Assembly (NCBI GenBank): GCA_001002325.1
Contig: LCNZ01000007.1
Coordinates: forward strand, 26,763-90,762
Length of the DNA: 64,000 nt
Source: Candidatus Amesbacteria bacterium GW2011_GWB1_47_19
Lineage (GTDB): Bacteria > Patescibacteriota > Microgenomatia > CAZETR01 > Amesbacteraceae
Direction of reading: 5' to 3'
The translations under genes were made by a program, and so were the position numbers. Each line of letters opens with the position of its first letter. The first letter of the stretch is position 1. The notes under the pieces were generated by a model. The model was not told the DNA's origin, searched no databases, and saw only the letters and a list, made by a program, of their open reading frames with translations. Positions 53,609 to 63,611 of the stretch are shown one piece after another.

Positions 53609-54964
53609 ATGGAAAATAAGTATGACGTGGTGATTGTGGGGGCCGGCCCGGCAGGAATGTTTTGCGCTTTTGAATTGGTGAAACTCAATAAAAAGCTGAA
53701 GATCGGCCTTTTAGAAGATGGTCCCAGGCTGGAGGGTAGGAATGGGGGGGATGTAATGTCCGGTTTTGGAGGAGCAGGGACATATTCGGACGGGAAGCTC
53801 CAGTTTACTCCGAAACTATCGCATGAGAGAGTGTTTCACCTGATTGAACCGGAGAAATATCAGGATATCCTGGATTATATTGACGGAATATTTATGAACT
53901 TCGGGGTGGAGGCAGTGTCGTATCCGAGAAATCCTGACGAGGTGAAAATGCTGGTCGAAGAAGCGCAGAAAAGGAATATTGAACTGATTGTACGCCGGGC
54001 AAAACATGTGGGAACCGATAACCTGAGAAAGGTAATCGGGAAGTTTGAGAATCATTTGGAACAGTCAGGGGTGGAGTTGGTGACAGATTGCCGGGTGGAG
54101 GATTTGTGGATTGAGGATGGAAAGCTGATGGGAGTGGAGACTAAAAAAAACGGAAAGATCGGAGCCGGTAAGGTGGTATTGGCACCCGGGAGAATAGGCG
54201 CCAGGTGGCTACAGGAACTGGGGGATAAAAGGGGAATCAAATACCAATACGATATGGTGGAAGTGGGAGTGAGGGTAGAATTTCCGGCGGCGGTGATGCA
54301 GAGGTACGCGGAGGCGTTATATGAGATAGTGCTGAAAATTAGGACAAAAACCTATGACGATGTAATGAGAACTTTTTGTACGTGTCCCAAGGGTTTTGTG
54401 GCGGTTGAGGAATACCAGGGTTACGTATGCGTGAACGGTCATTCATATTCCAGCCATGACTCCGAAAATTCCAACTTTGCATTCGTATGTGAAGTTCACT
54501 TGACTGAACCGGTGGAGAACTCGATTGCTTACGCAGAATCTATAGCCAGACTGGCGTCAACAATCGGAGGAGGGAAACCGTTACTGCAGAGACTGGAAGA
54601 TCTGCGCCGGGGAAGAAGAAGTACCTGGTCGAGGCTGAAGAAATCCATTGTAAGACCTTCCCTGACTGATGTGACACCAGGAGATATTTCCATGGCCTTG
54701 CCTCACCGAATAGTGACCAATATCATTGAGGGGTTGGAGAAGCTGGATGAGGTGATGCCCGGGATAAACTCCGGGTCGACGCTTTTATATGCACCGGAAG
54801 TAAAATTCAGGTCTTCCAAGGTTACAACGAAACCGGATATGCAGACCAGTGTTCCGAATGTGTATGTAGCGGGAGATGCTTCGGGACTATCCGGGACAAT
54901 TACGGGAGCAGCTGCGACAGGGATAATGGCGGCGAGGGGGATTGCTGCAAACATGAAGACTTGA
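53609..54964 (+). CDS. Uncharacterised FAD-dependent oxidoreductase
   Basis: GAGPAG, GGAGTYSDGK, RTFC.CP.G and YAPEVK motifs. Confidence 0.88.
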   Translation: MENKYDVVIVGAGPAGMFCAFELVKLNKKLKIGLLEDGPRLEGRNGGDVMSGFGGAGTYSDGKLQFTPKLSHERVFHLIEPEKYQDILDYIDGIFMNFGVEAVSYPRNPDEVKMLVEEAQKRNIELIVRRAKHVGTDNLRKVIGKFENHLEQSGVELVTDCRVEDLWIEDGKLMGVETKKNGKIGAGKVVLAPGRIGARWLQELGDKRGIKYQYDMVEVGVRVEFPAAVMQRYAEALYEIVLKIRTKTYDDVMRTFCTCPKGFVAVEEYQGYVCVNGHSYSSHDSENSNFAFVCEVHLTEPVENSIAYAESIARLASTIGGGKPLLQRLEDLRRGRRSTWSRLKKSIVRPSLTDVTPGDISMALPHRIVTNIIEGLEKLDEVMPGINSGSTLLYAPEVKFRSSKVTTKPDMQTSVPNVYVAGDASGLSGTITGAAATGIMAARGIAANMKT

Positions 54965-54996
54965 CTTTAACAGAATGTATCCTATAATGTGTGTAA

Positions 54997-55338
54997 ATGG
55001 TGGAGGTTGGTGTAGGAGATAAAGTTAGACAGATTCGTGAAGGAGTTAATCCTGACGAAGTTATTTTTAGAGTTGTACGAATTGGTAGAGAAAATATTGG
55101 TGGCCGAAATATGACCGGGGCGGAATTATTATGTAAAAACAAAAGACCAGGAAATCGTATGCTAATTTTTTGTGAGGGTAAATTAAGTCCGAACGGTGGG
55201 AAGGTCCAATTGCCTGGATATCAGGAAATACAACTAACAGACGGAAAGATGATGACTATTAGGTTGGAACTAGTTGAAGAGGAGGAACGTAGAGGGTTGA
55301 GTGCGTGGGTGAGAGGTCATTTCAGAAGATCGGCTTGA
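54997..55338 (+). CDS. Hypothetical protein
   Basis: ORF with its own TTGACT..TATAAT promoter. Confidence 0.6.
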   Translation: MVEVGVGDKVRQIREGVNPDEVIFRVVRIGRENIGGRNMTGAELLCKNKRPGNRMLIFCEGKLSPNGGKVQLPGYQEIQLTDGKMMTIRLELVEEEERRGLSAWVRGHFRRSA

Positions 55339-55390
55339 TATTTACCGCAGAATTACCGTAGAATATCCGCAAAGGTTCGGAATCCGGAAT

Positions 55391-56494
55391 ATGTATATTC
55401 CCAAGTACACTATAACCACCGAAGTTCTAAGGAATATCGGGTTGGTGGAGGCGGCAAAAGAGGTGATTGAGAATGCACCGCTAGTGCCTGCCTGGGAAGC
55501 AAAATTCCGGGATGAGGCATTGCTTAAGGCAGCTCATTACGGTACAGCTTTGGAAGGTAACGACCTGACGATGGGAGAAGCAAAACTGATCGTGGAAAGG
55601 GAGCTGGATACGGTCGGACAGGCGCAGGATGCGGGTGTGGTAGCCAGAGAGCGGGACGTTCAGGAAGTGATTAATTACCGGAAGGTAATGGAGTTTTTGG
55701 ATGCGTGTATGGAAACCGCCAGAGGAGAGGGGTTTGAATATACCAATGATTTACTATTGGAGATTCACCGGTTGGTAGTCAACCGGGTGGTGGCCTCTGA
55801 GCAAGCGGGTAAGTTCAGAGAGACCCAGGTGGTATTGCGGAACAGTATTACAGGTGAGGTAGGGTTTCGTCCTCCGAGCGCCCTGGAAGTGCCGTTTCTG
55901 GCAGACGAGTTTTTCCGCTGGCTAAACAGCAGTTTCGGCCGGAGGGAGCATCCGGTGCTCAGGGCGGGAATAGTCCATTATGTGCTGGCGGCGGTGCATC
56001 CTTTTGTGGAAGGTAACGGACGGACAGCGCGGGCTTTTGCCACCCTGGTACTGTTAAAGGAGGGTTATGAAGTGAAGAAATTTTTTGCGCTGGAAGAATA
56101 TTTTGACAAGCATGCCGAGGAATATTTCGGCAGTCTGATGGAAGTGTCAAACCAGGCCTTGAGACTGGAAGACCGGGATTTGACAGTGTGGCTGGAGACG
56201 TTTACCAGGGCACTGGCTTTGGAATTGTCCCGCATCAAGGACCAGGTGCGGGAGTTGTCGCTGGATATAAAAATAAAACAGAAGATGGGTAAGCAGATTG
56301 CCCTGTCTGAACGGCAGATGAAAATAATGGAGTACCTAAACGCTAATGGTGAAATTACCATGGCGGAGGCCAGGGGAGTGCTGGCCATGGTGTCCGAGGA
56401 TACTATCCTGCGGGATCTGAGAGATCTGATGGATAAACGGGTGGTAACTAAAAAAGGATCTACCAAAGCTGCCAAGTACGTAATTAAAAGATAA
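55391..56494 (+). CDS. Fic-domain protein with C-terminal winged HTH
   Basis: HPFVEGNGRTAR motif; N-terminal TALEGN inhibitory-like motif; VSEDTILRDL. Confidence 0.93.
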   Translation: MYIPKYTITTEVLRNIGLVEAAKEVIENAPLVPAWEAKFRDEALLKAAHYGTALEGNDLTMGEAKLIVERELDTVGQAQDAGVVARERDVQEVINYRKVMEFLDACMETARGEGFEYTNDLLLEIHRLVVNRVVASEQAGKFRETQVVLRNSITGEVGFRPPSALEVPFLADEFFRWLNSSFGRREHPVLRAGIVHYVLAAVHPFVEGNGRTARAFATLVLLKEGYEVKKFFALEEYFDKHAEEYFGSLMEVSNQALRLEDRDLTVWLETFTRALALELSRIKDQVRELSLDIKIKQKMGKQIALSERQMKIMEYLNANGEITMAEARGVLAMVSEDTILRDLRDLMDKRVVTKKGSTKAAKYVIKR

Positions 56495-56497
56495 TTT

Positions 56498-56683
56498 ATG
56501 CTCAGTGTAACGCAAATGCTGTTCATGGGGCTGGCCCTGCCCGCACTTTTCGGCCTGTCACTATTGGGTGAAGGATTGTACCAGATGTCACACTATGAAC
56601 GGGGATGGCTGAACCTGATTTTGGGGAGTCTGTTTCTGGGGGTGGTGGCTTTCGGATATTTTTTCCTGAAGGGAATAGTATAA
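56498..56683 (+). CDS. Small two-TM protein
   Basis: Hydrophobic 61-aa ORF. Confidence 0.65.
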   Translation: MLSVTQMLFMGLALPALFGLSLLGEGLYQMSHYERGWLNLILGSLFLGVVAFGYFFLKGIV

Positions 56684-56692
56684 TTTAAATCC

Positions 56693-58399
56693 ATGACATT
56701 TCCGGAGCTGGCAGAGTGTTTGGAGGAATTGGAGAAGACGGGATCAAGATTGGAAATGACCAGGTTGCTGGCGGAATTATACAAAAAGGTAACCCCCTAT
56801 GAAGGAAGGCTGGTGGCATACCTAAGCCAGGGAAGACTAGGACCGGCTTACAACAATCCGAATTTCGGAGTGGCGGACAAAATGATGGTACGGGTACTGG
56901 GACCTGAAGCGGAAAAACTGTTTAAGCAATTGGGGGATTTGGGCATGGTGGCGGAAAAACTCAAAGCTCAAAACCCCAAATCCAAATCAAATTCAAAAAT
57001 CAAAATTCAAAAAGTGTACGGGTTACTAAAGGAAATTGCCGGTGAGGGGGGAGCCGGGAGTCAGGAGAAAAAACTGGAATTGATAAAGATTTTACTGTCG
57101 GATTTAGGCCCGTTGGAAGCAAAATACGCGACGAAAATGATATTGGGGAAATTAAGGTCCGGTTTTTCGGATATGACGGTGTTAGACAGCCTGTCGTGGA
57201 TGGTAACCGGGGATAAATCATTAAGAAAGGAAATTGAAAGGGTTTACAATGTCAGAGCGGACTTGGGAGAGGTAGTGCGGTTGGTGAAAGAGGCGGGGAG
57301 CGGTGAGAAAATCAAGAAGCTAGAGGTTGAACCGGTGTGGGGAACACCCGTGCTTGTAGCCAGAGCGGAGCGGGCTAAAACCATAGCCGAGATTTGGAAG
57401 AGGAATGGGGAAAGTGTTGCCGAACACAAGCTGGACGGATTGAGAATTCAGGCGCATGTTTCCAAATCACAGGTGAAATTATTTTCCAGAGGCCTGGAGG
57501 ATGTGACGGCGATGTATCCGGATATTGCAGAAGGATTACTTAAACAAGTCCATACCACATGCATTTTGGACGGGGAGATGATAGCCCTGGACGGCAGAGG
57601 CAGATACCTGCCGTTTCAGGAGACTGCACAGCGGAAACGCAAGTACGGGATTACGGAAATGATACGGAACGTGCCTCTGAAATATTTTGTTTTTGACTTG
57701 TTGATGGCTAACGGTAAAAGTTTGTTGGAGGAGGCAAATAGTGAGAGGTGGAGCAGGCTTGAGAAAATCATAGGGGTCGGAGGTATTGTTAAATTAATTC
57801 CCCGCAGAGTTGTCAAGTCAGAAGCCGAAATCGGGAAATTTTTTGAGGATTCGCTAAGAGAGGGGACGGAGGGAATAATGGTGAAAAGAGCGGAAGGGAG
57901 ATATCAATCCGGATCCAGGGACTTTAATTGGATAAAGTATAAAAAAAGTTATGATGCGAGCGGGATGGCGGATACCATTGATGCGGTAGTGCTGGGTTAT
58001 GATGCTGGGGAGGGTAAACGTTCCGGTTTTGGAATCGGGGGATTTTTGATAGGGGTAAAAGGGGACGGGTCCGATAAATATTTGACAATCGCAAAAATTG
58101 GAACCGGCCTGAAGGATGACGAGTGGAGAGAGCTGAAGAGACGGTGTGAAGAAATTAAACTTTTGGAAAAACCCGACAATTACGAGGTGGGGAAGCAGAT
58201 GGGATGTGATGTCTGGGTCAGGCCGAAAATCGTGGTGGAAATAAAAGCGGATGAAATAACCAAGTCTCCGATGCACACATCCAAACTGGCCCTGAGATTT
58301 CCCAGACTGGTAAGTTTCAGAGATATGAAAATCGAGGATGCGACCAGCATGAAAGAAATTGAGCGGCTATATAAATTACAAAAAGAAGGAGGTGATTGA
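56693..58399 (+). CDS. ATP-dependent DNA ligase (archaeal/eukaryote-like)
   Basis: EHKLDGLR, LDGE, FDLL, EGIMVK, WIKYK and LRFPR motifs. Confidence 0.95.
   Translation: MTFPELAECLEELEKTGSRLEMTRLLAELYKKVTPYEGRLVAYLSQGRLGPAYNNPNFGVADKMMVRVLGPEAEKLFKQLGDLGMVAEKLKAQNPKSKSNSKIKIQKVYGLLKEIAGEGGAGSQEKKLELIKILLSDLGPLEAKYATKMILGKLRSGFSDMTVLDSLSWMVTGDKSLRKEIERVYNVRADLGEVVRLVKEAGSGEKIKKLEVEPVWGTPVLVARAERAKTIAEIWKRNGESVAEHKLDGLRIQAHVSKSQVKLFSRGLEDVTAMYPDIAEGLLKQVHTTCILDGEMIALDGRGRYLPFQETAQRKRKYGITEMIRNVPLKYFVFDLLMANGKSLLEEANSERWSRLEKIIGVGGIVKLIPRRVVKSEAEIGKFFEDSLREGTEGIMVKRAEGRYQSGSRDFNWIKYKKSYDASGMADTIDAVVLGYDAGEGKRSGFGIGGFLIGVKGDGSDKYLTIAKIGTGLKDDEWRELKRRCEEIKLLEKPDNYEVGKQMGCDVWVRPKIVVEIKADEITKSPMHTSKLALRFPRLVSFRDMKIEDATSMKEIERLYKLQKEGGD
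56956..57008 (+). repeat. In-frame heptamer array (DNA ligase)
   Basis: AAAACTC AAAGCTC AAAACCC CAAATCC AAATC AAATTCA AAAATC AAAATTC. Confidence 0.85.
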
Positions 58400-58421
58400 G
58401 TTGGCAAAAGGAGTGATTAAT

Positions 58422-58742
58422 ATGGAACCAAACTCCGCTGGAGCTTTGTGTTACGCGCCTTTGATCGGCCCGGTGGCAGCAATAGTATTCCTGCTTTTGG
58501 AGAAGAATCAGGCTGTCAGGTGGCATGCGGTACAGGCATTGCTCCTCACGATCGGGATGATGGTGGCGACCTCCGCCCTGAGGATCACCATTTTTCTGGG
58601 AGTGTTTATTCCCATAGTCTGGCTGGCCGGTCTGATAACGCAGCTGGTGCTGGTGATAAAGACTTATCAGGGGCAAAAAATCAGGTTACCGTATCTGGGG
58701 GAGTGGTCGGACAAATTACTGAAAAAAACTAAGAATGTCTGA
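58422..58742 (+). CDS. Membrane protein (DUF4870-like)
   Basis: ALCY...VRWHAVQA...YQG...LP.LG. Confidence 0.8.
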   Translation: MEPNSAGALCYAPLIGPVAAIVFLLLEKNQAVRWHAVQALLLTIGMMVATSALRITIFLGVFIPIVWLAGLITQLVLVIKTYQGQKIRLPYLGEWSDKLLKKTKNV

Positions 58743-59352
58743 TCCGGCTGGCATGCAGGAAATCATCCGGCAATACGGGGTGTCGGACAGGCGGGTGTTG
58801 GAAGCAATGGCCGGCGTAGACCGGGCTGAGTTTGCGGGAGAGGAAAATAAATCCAGGGCGTACGAAGATACGGCTTTACCGATAGGGCATGATCAGTGGA
58901 TTTCACAACCCTATACTGTTGCCAGGATGCTGGAGCTATTAATTTTCAATTTTCAATTTTCAATTTTCAATTCAAAAGTGTTGGAGATCGGGACGGGGAG
59001 TGGATGGCAGACTGCCTTGCTGGCGAAACTGTTTAAACGGGTGTATTCCATAGAAATTGTGCCAGAGTTGGCCCGGCTGGCAGAAATGAGAATTGAGAAA
59101 TCAGATCTGAGAAATGTCAAAATAAAAATCGGGGACGGGAAGGAAGGCTGGAAGAAGTACGCGCCGTATGAGGCGATCATTTGCGGGGCGGACGCTGAGG
59201 AAGTACCGGGGGCATGGATGGAGCAATTGGCGGCCGGGGGAAGGATTGTGACACCGGTAAGGGGAGTGATGACCAGGGTTACAAAAATTCGAAATCCCAA
59301 AAACTTCAAAACGGAGAAGTTTGAGAATTACGTATTTGTGCCTCTGGTGTAG
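58735..59352 (+). CDS. pcm: Protein-L-isoaspartate O-methyltransferase
   Basis: AYED.ALPIG, ISQP, VLEIGTGSG and FVPLV motifs. Confidence 0.95.
   Translation: MSDPAGMQEIIRQYGVSDRRVLEAMAGVDRAEFAGEENKSRAYEDTALPIGHDQWISQPYTVARMLELLIFNFQFSIFNSKVLEIGTGSGWQTALLAKLFKRVYSIEIVPELARLAEMRIEKSDLRNVKIKIGDGKEGWKKYAPYEAIICGADAEEVPGAWMEQLAAGGRIVTPVRGVMTRVTKIRNPKNFKTEKFENYVFVPLV
58941..58973 (+). repeat. In-frame heptamer array (pcm)
   Basis: (AATTTTC)4 AATTC. Confidence 0.9.
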
Positions 59353-59387
59353 GGGATTGAATATTTTCCGGGTTGTGATACAAATGA

Positions 59388-59630
59388 GTGAAGATGTCAA
59401 GATCTTTGGTTGAAGGAGATAAAATGGCAGCCCGGTTAGAAGCTCAGCAGCAGAGGGCAAGGGATTTGTTCAGAAAATTTGGAGGGGAGGGAGATTTTTA
59501 TGAGGTAGCAGCTATTATTGATGGAGGAAACGGAACTTTAGTACAAAAACAATTAATTAATCGGGTGAGAGAGAAATTACTACCTCCAAGTTTCTTATTG
59601 GCGGCACAGGTGAGGGGAATGCTGCATTAG
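59388..59630 (+). CDS. Hypothetical protein
   Basis: ORF fills the intergenic gap. Confidence 0.45.
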   Translation: MKMSRSLVEGDKMAARLEAQQQRARDLFRKFGGEGDFYEVAAIIDGGNGTLVQKQLINRVREKLLPPSFLLAAQVRGMLH

Positions 59631-59669
59631 GCAGAGGTGCGGGTTAAATTGGGAGTGCGGTAAAATGAT

Positions 59670-60224
59670 ATGGTGAAGATAATATTGGGACTGGGTAATC
59701 CGGGGGTGGAATATGCGGGGACGAGGCATAACTGCGGCGTACTGTTGGTAGACCGAATTTTCAATTTACTATTTCGAGGTCAAGGATCTCGCGCTTCGCG
59801 ATCAATTTTCAATGACGGCTATGGGTGGAGGAGAACCAAGGACATTTTTTTGGCTGAGTTTCCGGATCTGGTACTGGTGAAAACCGCAGGGTTGTTTATG
59901 AATGAATCTGGCAAAATGATTCATGACTTAAAATTCAAGAATTATGATTTCGGGAATCTATTTGTTGCGCACGACGACCTCGATATTAAACTGGGAGAAT
60001 ATAAAATTCAGAAGGGGGTGGGGCCGAAGGAACATAACGGGGTTTTGTCGGTGGAGCAAGCGTTGGGGACAAAGGAGTTTTGGAGAGTCAGAATTGGGAT
60101 AGAAAACCGGCAGCTTGCGGTTGATGGGGAAACATATGTATTACAGAGATTTAGCCCGGAAGAAAAGGAAATAATTGAAAGTATGATCGAGAAAGCCGCC
60201 CGGGAATTGACAGCGGGCCTATAA
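59670..60224 (+). CDS. pth: Peptidyl-tRNA hydrolase
   Basis: GLGNPG..Y..TRHN, FMNESG, HDDLD, HNG and RVRIGI motifs. Confidence 0.95.
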   Translation: MVKIILGLGNPGVEYAGTRHNCGVLLVDRIFNLLFRGQGSRASRSIFNDGYGWRRTKDIFLAEFPDLVLVKTAGLFMNESGKMIHDLKFKNYDFGNLFVAHDDLDIKLGEYKIQKGVGPKEHNGVLSVEQALGTKEFWRVRIGIENRQLAVDGETYVLQRFSPEEKEIIESMIEKAARELTAGL

Positions 60225-60233
60225 TATCCTTAC

Positions 60234-60557
60234 ATGAAACCGGAAGACAGACAGGAATTGATAGATACAGGCAGACAGTTGTCGATGTGGATTACGCCGG
60301 GGGTGTTGCAGGTTAAGGATCAACCTACGGGGAAAGCGGATTGGTATTGGAATAAAATGGCCTGGAAGACATCGGCAGCCCGGGCGTTAGCGTCTGTTAC
60401 CCTGGCTATCGGTTTTTGGGAATTCGGAGTGTGGAATGAGGGTGCGAACTGGGATCCCAATATTTGGATGAGGGGATTGATCGGAATAGGAATTATTACC
60501 GCAATGGACTTTCTGCTAACGACCGGCAAAGTGCTGGGGGTCCAGCTGAGAAAATAA
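60234..60557 (+). CDS. Membrane protein
   Basis: Two TM helices. Confidence 0.6.
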   Translation: MKPEDRQELIDTGRQLSMWITPGVLQVKDQPTGKADWYWNKMAWKTSAARALASVTLAIGFWEFGVWNEGANWDPNIWMRGLIGIGIITAMDFLLTTGKVLGVQLRK

Positions 60558-60584
60558 CTACCAGGAATGAAGTAAAATCGGGGA

Positions 60585-60884
60585 GTGAAGTCACTGAGAC
60601 AAATACTGGATGACAAACAGGCAGAGGAGAAGAATAAGTATATTTCCCGGGAATACCAGGATTACGGGTACCGGCTGGCGATGGAACTCGGAGATGAAAA
60701 ACATAAAGCCCTATACATAAAACTGGCTAAAGAAACGGACAGGGCAATATTGGAGTCGGCCAGAAGATATGCCATTGATAGTAATGCAGATAATAAGGGA
60801 GCGCTATTCATGTGGAGGCTGAATAACCTGAGAATAAAAGCGGCTTTGACAAGGCGGCAGAATTTGGGGCATACTAAGGAGTAA
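60585..60884 (+). CDS. Conserved-looking hypothetical protein
   Basis: EYQDYGYRLA.EL.D..HK.LYIKLAK...LFMW. Confidence 0.75.
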   Translation: MKSLRQILDDKQAEEKNKYISREYQDYGYRLAMELGDEKHKALYIKLAKETDRAILESARRYAIDSNADNKGALFMWRLNNLRIKAALTRRQNLGHTKE

Positions 60885-61438
60885 TGAAGGTCAAGTGGGG
60901 AGAGTGGGGTTACAGGGTTTTTCCGGTGGTGATTCTGCTGTTGCTCCGGGTTTTGCTGGATTTGGGGAAGATCGGGGGATGGGGTTTTTGGCTGGGAAAC
61001 GTGCTGCTGGCTGCTGGCTGGATAATCGGGTGGATGATGGCGGAAGGCGACCACCTGATGTACGCACTGGTTTGCGATCCCAGCAGCCCGACCTGCAGTA
61101 TGGTTCGGACATACATGTCCAAAGGACAATGGCGGATGGCATGGAAAACTCTGGAGGCTACGAAAGCAGAGAGAACAAAGCTGCCGATACGAAATATGCT
61201 GTCGGTGTTGGTGGTGACGGGTGTGGGCCTGTGGGTGATAACGTCCAGTGGCAGTTTTTTGGGTTCCGGAGTCGTATTGGGTTTGTGTACCCGATTGCTT
61301 TTGGATTTGTGGAAAGAAACCGATTATAGGAAATGGTACTGGGTGTTTGCCAGGGAATTTTCGAAGACGGAGCATCGGGGATTGACGGCGGCAGTGGCGG
61401 CGGCAGTGGCGGTACAATTTCTGATGGTGTTAAGATAA
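60884..61438 (+). CDS. Membrane protein
   Basis: About 5 TM helices; DH motif. Confidence 0.75.
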   Translation: MKVKWGEWGYRVFPVVILLLLRVLLDLGKIGGWGFWLGNVLLAAGWIIGWMMAEGDHLMYALVCDPSSPTCSMVRTYMSKGQWRMAWKTLEATKAERTKLPIRNMLSVLVVTGVGLWVITSSGSFLGSGVVLGLCTRLLLDLWKETDYRKWYWVFAREFSKTEHRGLTAAVAAAVAVQFLMVLR

Positions 61439-61445
61439 TGCGATC

Positions 61446-62201
61446 ATGAGTTTGCTGGGGTTGATTTTGTTCTGGTCTTTTATAGGAAGTGTAGCCAGTT
61501 TTTTGGGTGCTCTGGTGCTGGTGGAAAGAAAGCGTCCGTTTACTCATGCCCAGACACTTTTGATAATTTCATTTGCCGCAGGGGTTTTGCTGGCGACGGT
61601 GTTTTTTGATCTGCTACCGGAAGCAGCGGCATATACCGGGGGAGTGGTCTGGGGCGGGGTGCTGGGAGGAATAATATTCCTGTTCCTGTCGGAAAAGAGT
61701 TTGTTGTGGTTCCACCACCATGAGGAAGAATATGAAGGAGGGGAAGAAACTCCCTGGCTGATTACAGTGGGGGATACAATACATAATTTTATTGACGGGG
61801 TAGTGATAGCCGCGGCATTTATGGTGGCAGTTCCGGTGGGAATTGTGACTTCCCTGGCGGTGGCCGCCCATGAAATACCTCATGAGATTGCGGATTTCGG
61901 GTTGCTGTTGTCCAAGGGGTGGAGTAAGAGAAAAACCATTCTGCTGAATATTGCGAGTGCGGCGTCATCTCTGGTCGGGGCACTGCTGTTGTTTACGTTG
62001 GGGAGCCGGGTGGAAGGGTGGCTGCCGCACCTGCTGTCCTTTTCGGGGGGAATGTTTATTTATTTGGCGTGTTCGGATCTGATTCCGGAATTGCATCATT
62101 GCCATGGGGAAGATTGTGATTTGAAAAAAAACTGGTGGCAAATACCGGCTTTTCTGGGAGGAATATTGGTTGTTTGGACATTGGTTAAGATATTGGAATA
62201 G
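61446..62201 (+). CDS. ZIP family metal transporter
   Basis: HNFIDG, HEIPHE and DLIPE motifs. Confidence 0.93.
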   Translation: MSLLGLILFWSFIGSVASFLGALVLVERKRPFTHAQTLLIISFAAGVLLATVFFDLLPEAAAYTGGVVWGGVLGGIIFLFLSEKSLLWFHHHEEEYEGGEETPWLITVGDTIHNFIDGVVIAAAFMVAVPVGIVTSLAVAAHEIPHEIADFGLLLSKGWSKRKTILLNIASAASSLVGALLLFTLGSRVEGWLPHLLSFSGGMFIYLACSDLIPELHHCHGEDCDLKKNWWQIPAFLGGILVVWTLVKILE

Positions 62202-62243
62202 TCATTGATTGCCTCAGCCGGGGTATGTTATACATATCATGCA

Positions 62244-62564
62244 ATGGCGGTGGTACATTTGACAAAAGCGGATTTTGGAGAGAAGACGAAGGGCGGAATG
62301 GCGATGGTGGATTTTTGGGCGGAATGGTGCGGACCATGCAAGATGGCAGCACCGGTGATCGAAGAACTGTCAAAAGAATATGAGGGTAAAGTGATGGTGG
62401 CCAAGGTGGATGTAGACGCAGAGCCGGATCTGGCCGGAAAATTCGGGGTGATGAGTATACCGACGGTGGTGTTACTCAGAGACGGGAAAGAAATCGCCAG
62501 GCAAGTGGGGTTTGCGGGGAAGCCGGGTTATGTGCAGCTTTTACAAAAAGCTGAAGCTGCGTAA
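62244..62564 (+). CDS. trxA: Thioredoxin
   Basis: DFWAEWCGPC and SIPT motifs. Confidence 0.96.
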   Translation: MAVVHLTKADFGEKTKGGMAMVDFWAEWCGPCKMAAPVIEELSKEYEGKVMVAKVDVDAEPDLAGKFGVMSIPTVVLLRDGKEIARQVGFAGKPGYVQLLQKAEAA

Positions 62565-62572
62565 TCTTGAAT

Positions 62573-63577
62573 ATGGACAATCTATTTGATGTGATTGTTG
62601 TAGGGAGCGGGCCGGCGGGACTGACGGCGGCGATTTATACATCCCGGGCTGATCTGAAGACGAAGGTGGTAGCCGGAAGCAAGTGGGGAGGACAATTGAT
62701 GCTGACAACCATGGTGGAAAATTATCCGGGATTTCCTGACGGAGTAATGGGACCGGAATTGATGGAGAGAATGCGCAAGCAGGCGGAAAGATTCGGTACA
62801 GTATTTGCGGACAAAGATGTGACAACTGTCGAGACCGGGGAAAAATTCTCCGTAAACATGGGGGGCGAAAAAGTTGAAGGGCGGTCGCTGCTGATTGCTA
62901 CGGGGGCGTTGACCAGGTGGATAGGAGTACCGGGTGAGGAAAAACTGATCGGGCGGGGAGTATCCACCTGTGCTCCGTGCGATGCGGCCTTTTTTAAAGG
63001 CAGAAAAGTGGCAGTAGTCGGAGGGGGAGACGCAGCGATGGAAGAAGCGCTGGTACTGACCAAGTTTGCCGAGGAAATTACCATAATCCACAGGAGAGAC
63101 GAGTTTAAAGCCAGTAAAATCATGCAGGACAGGGTACTAAACCACTTAAAAATTAGCGTGATGTGGAATACCGAGGTGGTCGAAGTATTGGGTGAAAGTA
63201 AAGTTGAGGGAGTGAGGCTGAAATCTCAAATTCCAAATCCCAAATCTCAAACAAATAAAAATTTTCAAAATCCGAAAAAGATCTCTGAGACAGCTTCGGA
63301 AATGGTGTGGGAAATGCAGGTTGACGGGGTGTTTGTAGCCATCGGGCATGCACCGGCATCGGAATTGTTCAAGGGGAAAGCGGAAACGGATGAAAAAGGG
63401 TTTATTTTAAGGGGTAAAAATGAAACTTACCGGACGATGACGAATATCCCGGGAGTGTTTGTGGCCGGGGATGTGCATGACGGAGTGTACAAGCAGGCGG
63501 TTACCGCCGCCGGGTACGGGTGTGAAGCAGCATTGGAAATTGAAAAGTGGTTGGAGGAGAAAGCTGTCACGGGTTGA
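62573..63577 (+). CDS. trxB: Thioredoxin reductase
   Basis: GSGPAG, CAPCD, GGGDAAMEE and AGDV...QA motifs. Confidence 0.96.
   Translation: MDNLFDVIVVGSGPAGLTAAIYTSRADLKTKVVAGSKWGGQLMLTTMVENYPGFPDGVMGPELMERMRKQAERFGTVFADKDVTTVETGEKFSVNMGGEKVEGRSLLIATGALTRWIGVPGEEKLIGRGVSTCAPCDAAFFKGRKVAVVGGGDAAMEEALVLTKFAEEITIIHRRDEFKASKIMQDRVLNHLKISVMWNTEVVEVLGESKVEGVRLKSQIPNPKSQTNKNFQNPKKISETASEMVWEMQVDGVFVAIGHAPASELFKGKAETDEKGFILRGKNETYRTMTNIPGVFVAGDVHDGVYKQAVTAAGYGCEAALEIEKWLEEKAVTG
63221..63274 (+). repeat. In-frame heptamer array (trxB)
   Basis: AAATCTC AAATTCC AAATCCC AAATCTC AAAC AAATAAA AATTTTC AAAATCC. Confidence 0.88.
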
Positions 63578-63611
63578 ATGAGGGGAGGTGTTTGTGTTAT
63601 AAAAAGTGGCT

